Source of the DNA: Octopus sinensis
Lineage: Eukaryota
Direction: 5' to 3'
Length of the DNA: 64,000 bases
Assembly (NCBI RefSeq): GCF_006345805.1
Contig: NC_043002.1
Coordinates: 115,382,001 to 115,446,000 of the forward strand
Shown here: in pieces, positions 24,273 through 35,516 of the stretch
Position numbering within the stretch: position 1 is the first letter of the stretch
Layout: the number at the start of each line of letters is the position of its first letter
The notes under the pieces: generated by a model
What the model was told of the DNA's origin: nothing
What the model saw: only the letters and a program-made list of their open reading frames with translations
Databases searched by the model: none
Made by a program: the position numbers and the translations under genes

Positions 24273-25032
24273 ATAGTATATTTTTTATATCGTGCTTTCA
24301 CTTCACTACCGAGCGCAGCTCTGTGTTCCTTGGGTATGTGCTGTGATTTGTTGTGATGCTCTGATGGTTATTGTATGGAAAGTGTTCTGCGTAGGATGTG
24401 TGCAGTGCCTAGTAGTGCAATTTTCTGTATGTTATATGTGTTTGTAAGTCCTGGTGATTTTGTTATGTATTTGTCTGAATATTTTTTTATCATGCCTAAT
24501 ACACCTTTTGTTTCTGTTTTTAGATTCCACATTCTGGTTACCTCTATTTCCAGGTCTTTGTATTTTGAAAGTTTCTCCATTTCTTTTAGAGACACGTTGT
24601 CATCTGCCGGTATTGATACATCAATTAGAAAGCATTTTTTTCTTCATGATCTCTGACAACTATATCTGGTCTGTTGGTCTTAATTTCTCTATCTGTGTGT
24701 ATCGGCATATCCCAGAGTATGGTTGCTTTCTCGTTTTCTCTGACCTTTTCTGGTGTGTGCCTATACCATCTTTTTTCTGTTGTTATTCCATAATGTTGGC
24801 ATAGCTTCCAGTGTATGTAGGTTCCAACTCTGTCATGTCTATGAATATATTCCTTCTTAGCCAGGACTGGGCAGCCAGAGATAATATGATTTATTGTTTC
24901 TTGTCCATCTCCACATATTCTGCAGTTACTTGTTATATTTCTTTTCATTACATGTTTTTGGTAATTTCTGGTGGGGAGGCTTTGGTCTTGTGCTGCAATT
25001 AAAAATCCCTCTGTCTCTGCTTTGAGTCCTGA

Positions 25033-25033
<1 letters not shown>
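24271..25033 (-). mobile_element. R4/Dong LINE (D2), second shorter copy
   Basis: Near-identical to 22064-22830 but with several substitutions and a short deletion in the C-terminus; (TAA)n flanks. Confidence 0.93.
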
Positions 25034-25066
<33 letters not shown>

Positions 25067-25079
25067 TATTATTATTATT

Positions 25080-25895
25080 GGCGGTGAGCTGCAAGTATCG
25101 TTAGCATGCCAGGCAAAATGCTTAGCGGTATTTCGTCCGTGTCTACGTTCTGGGCCCAAATTCCACTGAGGTAAACTTTGCCTTTCATCCTTTCGAGGTC
25201 GATAAAGTAAGAACCCGTTGAACTCTGTGGTCGATGTAATCAACTTGCACCCTTCCACGAAACTGTTGGCCTTGTGCCAAAATTTGAAAGCATTATTATC
25301 TATTTATTTATTTATTGCCCACAAGGGGCTAAAACATAGAGGGGACAAACAAGGACAGATAAAGGGATCAAGTCGATTACATGGCCCAGTGCGTAACTGG
25401 TACTTATTTAATCAACCCCGAAAGGATGAAAGGCAAAGTCGACCTCGGCTGAATTTGAACTGAGAACGTAATGGCAGACGAAATACCTATTTCTTTACTG
25501 CCCACAAGGGGCTACACACAGAGGGGACAAACGGATTAAGTTGATTATATCGACCCCAGTGCGTAACTGGTACTTATTTAATCGACCCCGAAAGGATGAA
25601 AAGCAAAGTTGACCTCGGCGTAATTTGAACTCAGAACGTAACGGCAGACGAAATACCGCTAAGCATTTCACCCAGCGTGGAAATGATTGCTGGTGAGCTG
25701 GCAGAATCGTTACCACGCAGGTGAAATCATTAGCGATATTTCGTCCATTTTCACGTTCTGGGTTCAAATTCTGCCGAGGTGGACTTAGCTTTTCATCCTT
25801 TCGGGGTCGATTAAATAAGTACCAGTTACGCACTGGGGTCGATGTAATCGACTTAATCCCCTCCCCCAAGCTGCCCTTGTGGAAAAATTTGAAAT
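25080..25895. mobile_element. Cluster of four SINE family A copies in +,-,-,+ orientation
   Basis: Heads or reverse-complement heads at ~25080 (+), ~25305-25490 (-), ~25490-25680 (-) and ~25692 (+). Confidence 0.85.
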
Positions 25896-25901
25896 CATAA
25901 A

Positions 25902-25953
<52 letters not shown>

Positions 25954-25954
25954 T

Positions 25955-26285
25955 AGTGAGAGAATAGTACATGTGGTATTGAATAAGAGTTATTTGGGGA
26001 TGATGAACGAAACACCTATATTTCCAGAGGTGAATTATTCAACCCCCAAAGAATTACTCTCAACACATGGCTATGATGCGCCCCCACTACTTCTACTCGT
26101 GGTGAGAGATGCACATATCGTCAGCCACTAAGGGACAGGCTCAACTGACAAGCAAATCTGTGGTATTGAGCAGAATATTTGTTGTAGCCCAGATTTGATA
26201 CAAAGACAAAACAATGTACATGATAACACTTCCAATTAGTAAAGATGAGAAGCCATGAGAGCCACTGCCTGATACTGTATCAGGG

Positions 26286-26288
<3 letters not shown>
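25955..26288 (-). repeat. Unclassified non-coding insert between (TAA)n arrays
   Basis: Sharp boundaries at (TTA)n on both sides (minus start GCCCTGATACAGTATCAGGCAGTGGC); no ORF. Confidence 0.4.
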
Positions 26289-26342
<54 letters not shown>

Positions 26343-26346
<4 letters not shown>

Positions 26347-26739
26347 TTGACTTTTGCTTTACATTTACACAAGCTGGCTCCGAGTCTCACCCAGAGACCT
26401 CAAGAGACAACAAGTTGGAAGTTCATGTTGGTGTTATGCCTAGGGTGCCATATATTTGGTTTTGTACTTAGTGTTGTACTAGTGAATGCCTAAAAAACAT
26501 ACGAAAATTATGTTTGTTTTAAAACTTGAGATTACAAAGAAAATATTTTGCGTAGGATATGAGCAGTTCCCATGAGCACTATCTTTTGATTTTCTGCCAT
26601 TTTGGGGTTTCCTGGTATCTGAGTTAGGTAGCAATCAGCCCCTTTTGCTATCATTCCCAGGGCACCTATGACAACAGGTATTGTTTTAGTCTTCAGGTTC
26701 CACATTTTGCTGATTTCTATTTCCAGATCTTTATATTTG

Positions 26740-26742
<3 letters not shown>
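26343..26742 (-). mobile_element. R4/Dong LINE short 3' fragment (D1)
   Basis: SKYKDLEIEISKMWNLKTKTIPVVIGALG plus the D1 3' UTR; (TAA)n flanks. Confidence 0.9.
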
Positions 26743-26802
<60 letters not shown>

Positions 26803-27068
26803 GATTTTTTTTTATCACAGGTTATTTTGGAACTCCTGGAGTCCTGCGTGAGTAGTGAGCTTGCTACCTGCAGCCTTACGGTACCATGCTATCCATTCTT
26901 TTCAGCTATTTAATACTTCCCTGATTATTCTGGCCATGCCAAGGGGGTAAACCTCTTGTAACAGTTCTACTGAGCACTCTATTGCAATTTCCTTTATATT
27001 CTTCTTGATGCCTTCTGATACAGTTCCCAAGGACCCGACAATAACTGGCACTCTTTTCGCCTTCTTCA

Positions 27069-27070
<2 letters not shown>
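26803..27070 (-). mobile_element. R4/Dong-like LINE 3' tip of a third subfamily (D3)
   Basis: MKKAKRVPVIVGSLGTVSEGIKKNIKEIAIECSVELLQ is similar to the PVVIGALG C-terminus of D1/D2; (TAA)n flanks. Confidence 0.7.
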
Positions 27071-27123
<53 letters not shown>

Positions 27124-27379
27124 GTTGTTATTACTATTACTATTATGGCCGCCAGCCTGGCAAGCCTCGCTTGACCTTGTTCCGTGGATTTTATAAAGAA
27201 AAATGCATTTGCGTCCTTCAACTTAGTACCATCGTGGACAACAGGTCAATTGCGTGGTGAGTTTATTTTCCTGTTTTGTCCCCCAGTTTGGAGGGACAGG
27301 TGAATTGATTTTTTTTCAGTCATAGTTGTGTGTTTTTCCCTATCAACATACAGAAAACACAACAAAGCACGGTGACGCT

Positions 27380-28221
27380 CATATGTGAAAGAGGGGGAGA
27401 GAGTGAGGACCGTCACCAAACGTCAATAAGGGAGAGTGCGAATTTGGAAAACGACTTAGCGCCAAAAAAAATAAACAGACGACAACTGTACTTTTGTTGA
27501 AAATAGAGAACAACAAAGACAGCATTTTTTTCGAGAAAGATCTCTTAGAAGCTCTTCGGAAAAACAACGGTTGCGTTTTCGACAACATTGTTCGAAATTA
27601 AAATGGCAATTTCGAAAATGTAAACAATGAGATCCCTTTCGTGAACGAAGCAACGGACGTTGCGAGTACAAGTAACAACAACATCAGCAACAGCTGTAAC
27701 AACAACAGCAAGAACTGCAGCAACAACATCAACAGCACCATCAACAACTACAACAACAATAGCAAAGGTGACAACAACAACGGCAGCAACAAAAGCAACA
27801 ACAACGATAAAAACAACGAATGAAATGAGAAACAATCCGGTGCAACGGCTTGGTATAGCGCTAAACTTCGCTGGAACAGTCAAGTCATTTCTTCAGAGAA
27901 TACAGTTCTCTGAAGGGGAACTTGAAAATGCTAGGCAGCTAGTCGAGAGAGACGGAATAGTTGTAAAGCTAAATACCCACCATGAGACTATCCAGGATAC
28001 GATACGCCGCACAGTGACGTATCGTAACATTCTCGGTGAGGCGATATGTCACCAGAATTGGACATCTTGCGGTGACAGCATACGTTGTTCTAGAGCTTTC
28101 GGCCCATGGGATTCCATACAAGATTTTGTTAAAACTTATGTGCAATAAATTGCTTATATTTCTACAGTACATTTTTTAATACAATTCCTAATAATATTTA
28201 ATGATAAAAACACAGTAAGAT

Positions 28222-28299
<78 letters not shown>

Positions 28300-29680
28300 C
28301 AAATGGCTATGGAGGTCCAATAGAGTAAAATAGAAATCAAAGGGGTCCGTAGGCAAATGATGGTTGGGAACCACTGCTTTAGAGATATCTGATTCCTTTT
28401 TAGAAATGAAATCGCACCGTCAGAATAGCTGGCCTGGAATAAGATTGGAACTTCTCATCCAAGTTACACCAAAACCCATTGACAAAATTTCAAATTTTAT
28501 AGATTTCCTAAGTGGACACCATTGTACATTATGGTGGAGAAGAGAAGACCAAGGTTATTACATATATTTTAGCAGAAATCACTTTAAGTCCTTTTCACCA
28601 CAACAATAAAGGGAAGCAAAAGGAAGGCCCAGATATTTGTCGATCAAACATCAAAAGTATACAACAAAACCAACAACAAAAATCTACCATAAGTGCAGCA
28701 GTAGCAGCAGAGACAGAGTAAACTACAACAGCGAGGGACAAAAAGTAGAACAAATTTTATAAAAGCAGCAGTAGAAACATCAAACACTACAACATCTCCA
28801 ACAACAAGTATCCCCAAAGCAGTCACGGTTCCGGCTACAAAATCAACCTCCAAAGAAAATCTCCCAGCAATTACCTCAAATTTCCTCAGAGCAAACCACA
28901 AACGCACACATAGTATCAGACTCCCCTCCAACTCTTCTACTACAGAATCTTGTGGAGCGACTAATACCGAGGCAATAAAGCAAAGAGGTCTGTGACAGGC
29001 GTAAGAGTAACATGAAAAGAGCAGCAGCTCCTCGATGAAAATGGGTGATTGAATTGTTCCAGTCCCACAACAGCCCACACCACCACCACAAACGGAGGAG
29101 CAACAGAAGTAACTACAAGTTGAACAAAAATTGCAAACACAACCACAATCACAAAAGTAAGTTAAAAAAGATATAAATTAAACTACCGACAGCAAAGCAC
29201 AAACGATAAACCATCCTACTTCAGCATTATTGTTGCTCGGACTAGAGACATCGAATTCACGGGTTCGATTACAAACAACAGAAAACGTTCACCAATGGGA
29301 AAGGCTTTAGGAAGCTTTTCCCCAAAACTCCCAAAGACAGATTACGCAAACAGACTTCCAAAAACGCAGGTAATAAAAAGGAAAATTATCCCTTTGACGT
29401 TGAGTTTTTAGAAAAGCGACTAACTAAATTTTTTTCAAAGCCCTTCGGTACACCTCTCTCTCAACCAGCGGGAGATCCGAATCAACCAACGTAAATGACC
29501 TCCATTCTCTTTTTCCGACAAATATGTTTGTACTTAGAATGGAAAGTATATGTGTGGCTTTTGATCAACTTTGAAGCAAGGTTACTTGATCAATAACCTC
29601 GAGTCATGAGACAGAGACGTGATAGCCATTAGAGATATTTAGAAATGCTTCAAATTATTGGCAACAGTGCGAACAAATGG
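27380..29680 (+). mobile_element. Heavily decayed Tx1/L1-like element (ORF1 remnant with low-complexity tracts, possible start of APE)
   Basis: YYIYFSRNHFKSFSP at ~28555-28600 fits a decayed CX2CX4HX4C knuckle. (CAA)-rich tracts and multiple stops are present. Confidence 0.35.
28150..28378. mobile_element. hAT MITE fragment
   Basis: Ends in GGTTGGGAACCACTG, like the right TIR of the 1691-2024 MITE. Confidence 0.5.
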
Positions 29681-30504
29681 TGATATTTAATAATTTTACA
29701 GCCTTTAGTCACGATAAATTCCCTTATCGAACATATGTTGCCTGTTTATGATTCTTGTATTTATAACTGTATTTAACACCTAAGATGTTGATTCTGTGAG
29801 TCAGCTTTTAAATAATGTCATGAAAGCAAATCAGAATAACTAAATTCTAGCAATTACTTCTTGCACTAATTTAATTTGAATCTTAGTCACTTGAAAAGAA
29901 GAAATCTTCAAAGGTGTAATTTAAAAATCATTTGATGTGCTATTTAGTTACAGGTCCAGTTAATTTTCTTATTTGCTGAATTTTAAATTATTCGTCTGTG
30001 TTTCGATATATTTCGGTCTTGAAATAAGTCTTTGGAGCTTCCGTCGGCAGTTTAACTTACATTCCATTACTTGCTTCATCACATTATCGCTCTCACTATA
30101 TAATTTAAAATTTTCAATCATCCTAAAACTGGCGAATCAACATTTCACGTGCAATCTTCCATTTCACTGTGGAGTCATGCGAAATAATTTGTTTGCATCG
30201 GTGTTCTATTTTGTATACGATCCGTGTAATAATACTAAGAACTTTCATAATCTAGGGTCTTATTTCAGCTGTATTTCTCATCAACTTAAAGCTTAATTAA
30301 ATTTTTTCGTAAACTTTCTATTAAGACTTACATTCTTACCTAAAATTGATTGTAAAAAGTTATTGCAGAGTTCCTATCTTCAATATACTCCACTCTACCA
30401 CTAATTTGCATATTATTTCCAACAAATCCTTTTGCGCTCAATGTATCTTCACGAACATTTCAATGATTTACTTTTCTTTGTCAATTTACTTCAATCTGTT
30501 TCTT

Positions 30505-30573
<69 letters not shown>

Positions 30574-31158
30574 TTCTCTTTCTCTCCTCTCTCCATTTCT
30601 CTCTCCCTCTCTCTCCCTCATTGCATTTTCTCTTTTTATCTCTCTCTCTTTTCTCTCCCTCTCTCTTTCCATCTAATTTTCTCCTTTTTTCCCATCTACC
30701 CTTAACATATTCCCATTTCTTCCTAATTACTACTTTTTTCTGTTATTCTATTATTTTGCACACCATTTTCTATCATTCTCTCCATTTGGTGTCATTCACG
30801 TAAACAAGTACATGCCAAAGGTTAGAACAGATTAAAGTAAATCCTTGTTCAGAATTCCGACGAAATAACTGACAAGATATAATCTGTAAAGTGGAATGAT
30901 GGCCAAGATAGTCGTCTAAAACATAATACTAGGAAAAAGAAAAGAAAACAGCAATTATGAAATACGACATGTTTAGGTGACAGAAGAAATAAGTGCATGT
31001 AATTATATATAGAGTCATTAAACTAAAATAACTAATGCTTCGGTATTTATGAGTAGAAATCATTGAAATATCAAAATATAATGGTTACCGTCATAGTCAG
31101 CAGTTTCGCTACAAAAAGATACCTACCGGTATGTGTTCCTTTCGAGCACTTCAACGTT

Positions 31159-32406
31159 CGAGGTGGGCTGAAAATTTCATAAGCTAGCTAAGATAATCTC
31201 ATGGAATGTGACCAAATGAGGTTTATTTTTCAACATAGTCTTCCTTGCAGTCCAACCACTTCTTCCATTGGTGCTGCAGTGCTTAGATCCCATGATGAAG
31301 AAGCTTTCAACCTGTTGGTCAAAAAAACCATCATCAGCCAATATGACGTTATCATCACTGCGATGCTGGCTCCTACCCAAGTGCTGTTTCATGCTGAGGA
31401 GATGATAGTCAGGTGGGACCAAATCAAGAGAACAAGGAGACTGATCAACCAGTTCAAAGCCACAGTCACACACAGCAGTCATTGAAACAAAGGACCTGTA
31501 TGTTGAAGCATTGTCCTGATCAAACATGACCCCTTTCATCAGTTTCCCTGAGCGTTTGGTCTTGATAGCCTTTTGTAACTGCTTCAGCAAGTTGGCATTA
31601 ATGGTGTGGCCCTTTTGAAGATAGTCAATAAACACAATGCCTTTTGCATCCCCAAAAACTAAGGCCATCAACATTCCCTCCTTCTTTGGAGCAGGTGAGG
31701 AGGGGTGTTTCCACTGCATGAAGTGTCTCTTTGTCTCTGGATCAAAGTGATGAACCCATCACTCATTCTGGCTAAGGATTCAAGGAAACCATCTGGGTCT
31801 GCCTCAAAGAATGTCAGATTTTCCCATGATGTGATCATCCTGGTGCGCTTTTGATCAGGTGTCAGAAGACGTTGCACCCACCGAGCAGAAAACCTTCATC
31901 ATGCCAAGTTCATTGTGCAGAATATTCTCAACTCTCTCACCGGATATGCTAATAGCATTGGCTATTTGATTCAAAGTCAATCGCCTGTCATCCATCAGCA
32001 TGTGGTGAACACGGTCTATGTTTTCTTCGATGGTGGCAGTTGCGGGACGTCAAGACCTTAGGTCATCTTCAAGACCCTCCCTTCCCCTCCTAAATTCAGC
32101 CTGCCCACTTTTACCATGTTGATGAATCTGAAGTGTCATCTCCTAATGTAGCAATCATGTCGGCATTAATGTCGTTGGAGGCTAAACCGTTTTTTTTTTT
32201 CAGGTATTTGATAAGACCACGATGCCAAATTTTGTCCATTTTCAAGAGAAGTTGCTACTAGCTACGTATGAGGTTTTTGAACATTGATACATCAATTTAT
32301 CTGGAAAGAAACAATGCAGGAAAGGTTGAAATTAATGCATGTCAGATTTCACAGCGTTAGCATCACTCCGTCATAGACAGCATATGAACTTTTCAAACCA
32401 CCCTCG
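31159..32406 (-). mobile_element. Decayed mariner (DD34D-type) transposon, ~1.25 kb
   Basis: TIRs CGAGGTGGGCTGAAAATTTCATAAGCT / AGCATATGAACTTTTCAAACCACCCTCG followed by TA; transposase remnants MQWKHPSSP, DQDNAST and SPCSLDLVPPDY. Confidence 0.88.
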
Positions 32407-32682
32407 TAGATATATCATACTGTCTAATTCTTGGTTCTGTCGTGCATAATTATATTTATGCCTAAGTTCATATTCCACCGCTACGTTTCTCATTTGGCAT
32501 TAGATATTTTATCACGATATGATCAGGAGATTTCACAAGTTTATATTACGATCATATACGTGTAGAGTGCACTTTAACAAGTTTGTAACTCAGACGAGCG
32601 TATATTTACATACATACATACATACATATATGCACACATACATACACACACATACACACACACACAAACACACACACACACG

Positions 32683-32725
<43 letters not shown>

Positions 32726-32763
32726 GAGTAGATAGATACATCTGTATTATATGTATATACGTT

Positions 32764-32837
<74 letters not shown>

Positions 32838-32880
32838 TGCATATACATATATACATATACATATATATGTACATATGTAT

Positions 32881-32931
<51 letters not shown>

Positions 32932-32933
<2 letters not shown>

Positions 32934-33307
32934 GAAAGAAGGTTTAAAAATGCAATTTTAAAAGATGTTTATTTACTTTACCGGTTTCACTCTTTGGAAA
33001 ACGATTGTCAAAAGTAACATGTAGAAGTTTGGTTGCGTTAATTATTGGTTGTTACAAAATGCTACATTATATATATATATATATATATATATACAGTCTT
33101 TGGTAACAAAGACATGTCCTTTTATGTCCTTAACATCTCCTTGTTACCAAAGACTGTATATATATATATATAATGTAGCATTTTGTAACAACCAATAATT
33201 AACGCAACCAAACTTCTACATGTTACTTTTGACAATCTTTTTCAAAGAGTGAAACCGGTAAAGTAAATAAACATTTTTTAAAATTGCATTTTCAAACCTT
33301 CTTTCGT
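32932..33307. mobile_element. Fold-back element: ~170-bp inverted arms, 31-bp spacer, degenerate HHR-like motif in each arm
   Basis: Arms 32932-33109 and 33141-33307 are near-perfect reverse complements including an internal (TA)n. The right arm reads TACTT-TTGACAA-...-GAAA-CCG-GTA-AAGTA. Confidence 0.75.
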
Positions 33308-33382
33308 ATATAATTCCACTCGTGCGGTACCCTACAACTCCACTTTGTTATATATTTATTTATATGTGTACATATATATATA

Positions 33383-33422
<40 letters not shown>

Positions 33423-33453
33423 TATATACAAATATATATATGTGTGTGGTGCG

Positions 33454-34018
33454 TGTGAGGTATACTTGCCATCTCAATATGGCTAACCACTAAGGGTGGG
33501 TGTTACTGTAGCTTGTAGCCCCGGGAGAACATCGTCTCCAGCTGGCTTTAGGCACACTTTCTGTGCCCTTATGGTATTTGCAAAGGGAGGTCACCCTTCC
33601 CTCGTCAACCTAAGTGATACGCACGGACTGCAGTTTCTAGGTTTTCACTAGTCATCAGCGTACGAGAATCACCGGTTTTCGATGAAAAGATGTTCCAATG
33701 CAAATCTTTATATCGTTTTTCCAGTAACTTTTCGTCACTGATCTCGAAAAACTGTCTGCAAGCAATAATAAATCCCTGAACGAGATGTAAACAGGTGTTC
33801 CTTTCCATCGAAAACCGGTGGTTGTCGTACGTTGATGACTGCAGTCCGTGCGTATCACTTAGGTTGACGAGGGAGAGGTGACCTCCCTTTGCAAATACCA
33901 TAAGGGCACAGAAAGTGTGCCTAAAGCCAGCTGCAGACGATGTTCTCCTGGGGCTACAAGCTACAGTAACACCCACCCTTAGCGGTTAGCCATTTTGAGA
34001 TGGCAAGTATACCTCACA
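33454..34018. mobile_element. Fold-back element with ~235-bp inverted arms carrying an HHR-like motif
   Basis: TGTGAGGTATACTTGCCATCTC...GAGATGGCAAGTATACCTCACA. The left arm on the minus strand reads GTACG-CTGATGA-CTAGTGAAAACCTA-GAAA-C-TGCA-GTC-CGTGC. Confidence 0.8.
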
Positions 34019-34171
34019 TTGTCGTGCAGTTACTGTTTATACCTCGTTCAGAGATTTATTATTGCTATTATATATATATATATATATATATTATTATATA
34101 TATATATACACTTCCAACTAAGGGATTATATCTACCCAATATACTGCTGGTAGAATACCCAATTATTAATA

Positions 34172-34870
34172 TGTGTATATATGTATGTATTTATATTTAT
34201 AACTTAACCCTATGAACTTTCTAAACTCTCTGACGAAGTCCAGAGGTACACCCAAGTACCTTAATCTTATCTACCAAATACTTCAGTTCACTGAAGGGGT
34301 GGAAGTAAAGTGGGGTACTATGACCTCTTGGCTGAAGCAGCTGTAAGAAGCTATTCTACTTTCTATGTTCTACGTTATATATTTTAATAATTACTGGTAT
34401 TATTAATACACAAGTGTTATTTTTTAATGCATTGCAATTACACTACTGAATGTAATAAATGGATGAGGGTAAAAAATTGTTTTACCCTTAATTTATACGG
34501 CAATAAGAAAATGGAGGGGATCAAGTAGTGGTATTCATCAACTTTTAGACATTATATTATGTCTATTTATTTATTTTTTTAAAAATACAATTATAACAAT
34601 ATACATACATGTATAACATATTATGCTTTACATATATAAAAATACCAGTAATTATCAAAATATATAACGTAGAACATAGAAAGTAGAATAGCTTCTTACA
34701 GCTGTTTCAGCCAAGAAGCCACAGTACCCCACTCTACTTCCGTCCCTTCAATTAACTGAAGTATTTGGTAGATAAGATTAAGGTACTTGGGTGTACCTCT
34801 GGACTTCGTCAGAGAGTTTAGAAAGTTCATAAGGTTAAGTTATAAATATAAATACATACATATATACACA
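34172..34870. mobile_element. Fold-back element with ~230-bp inverted arms and ~237-bp spacer; each arm carries an HHR
   Basis: Arms 34172-34402 and 34640-34870 are near-identical inverted copies. Confidence 0.8.
34693..34815 (-). ncRNA. Type-I hammerhead ribozyme candidate with intact core and extended stem II
   Basis: TCT-CTGACGA (34812-34806)-AGTCCAGAGG...CTTCTTGGCT-GAAA (34708-34705)-C-AGCT-GTA-AGA. Stem III is palindromic, the triplet is GUA, and stem I is only 3 bp. Confidence 0.55.
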
Positions 34871-34981
34871 CTTTTACATATACATACATATACATAAATA
34901 TACATAAAAATACATCTATACATTTATATATATATATGTATATGCATATAAAAGAATCAATTATTATTATTATTATTATTA

Positions 34982-35019
<38 letters not shown>

Positions 35020-35216
35020 TATTATTATTAGGTGTATTATATTATTCTTATTAGTTAAAGTATAAACAGAGGAAAGAGAAAATTATCAAAAGAGAAATAT
35101 TAGTGGAATTTAAATAATCAATCTATCTTAAGATTATTGTAGTTATGTAGGAATGAAAAGGTAAATAAATGAGGAATGCATAACTTATATGTATACAAAC
35201 ACACACACACACACAC

Positions 35217-35255
<39 letters not shown>

Positions 35256-35256
35256 A

Positions 35257-35478
35257 GGCGAGCTGGCAGAAACATTAGCGCGCCGGGCGAAATGCTTAGC
35301 GGTATTTTGTCTGTCGTTACGTTCTGAGTTAAAATTCTGCCGAGGTCGACTTTGCCTTTCATCCTTTCGGGGTCAATAAATAAAGTACCAGTTTCACACT
35401 GGGATCGATGTAATCGACTTAATTCCTTTGTCTGTCCTTGTTTGTCCCCTCTGTGTTTAGCCTCTTGTGGGTAGTAAA

Positions 35479-35481
<3 letters not shown>
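35257..35481 (+). mobile_element. SINE family A
   Basis: GGCGAGCTGGCAGAAACATTAGC...GGGTAGTAAAGAA. Confidence 0.9.

Positions 35482-35516
<35 letters not shown>

Noticed and set aside
25955-26288. HDV-like ribozyme at the 5' end of the unclassified (TAA)n-flanked insert
   Set aside because: Could not find the P1/P2/P3 nested pseudoknot pairings.
20404-27145. CRISPR-like alternation of repeats and unique segments
   Set aside because: The repeats are variable-length (TAA)n microsatellites and the spacers are retroelement fragments; eukaryotic context, no cas genes.
29973-30296. 107-aa plus-strand ORF
   Set aside because: Non-ATG start, hydrophobic AT-driven composition, no convincing splice sites or motifs.
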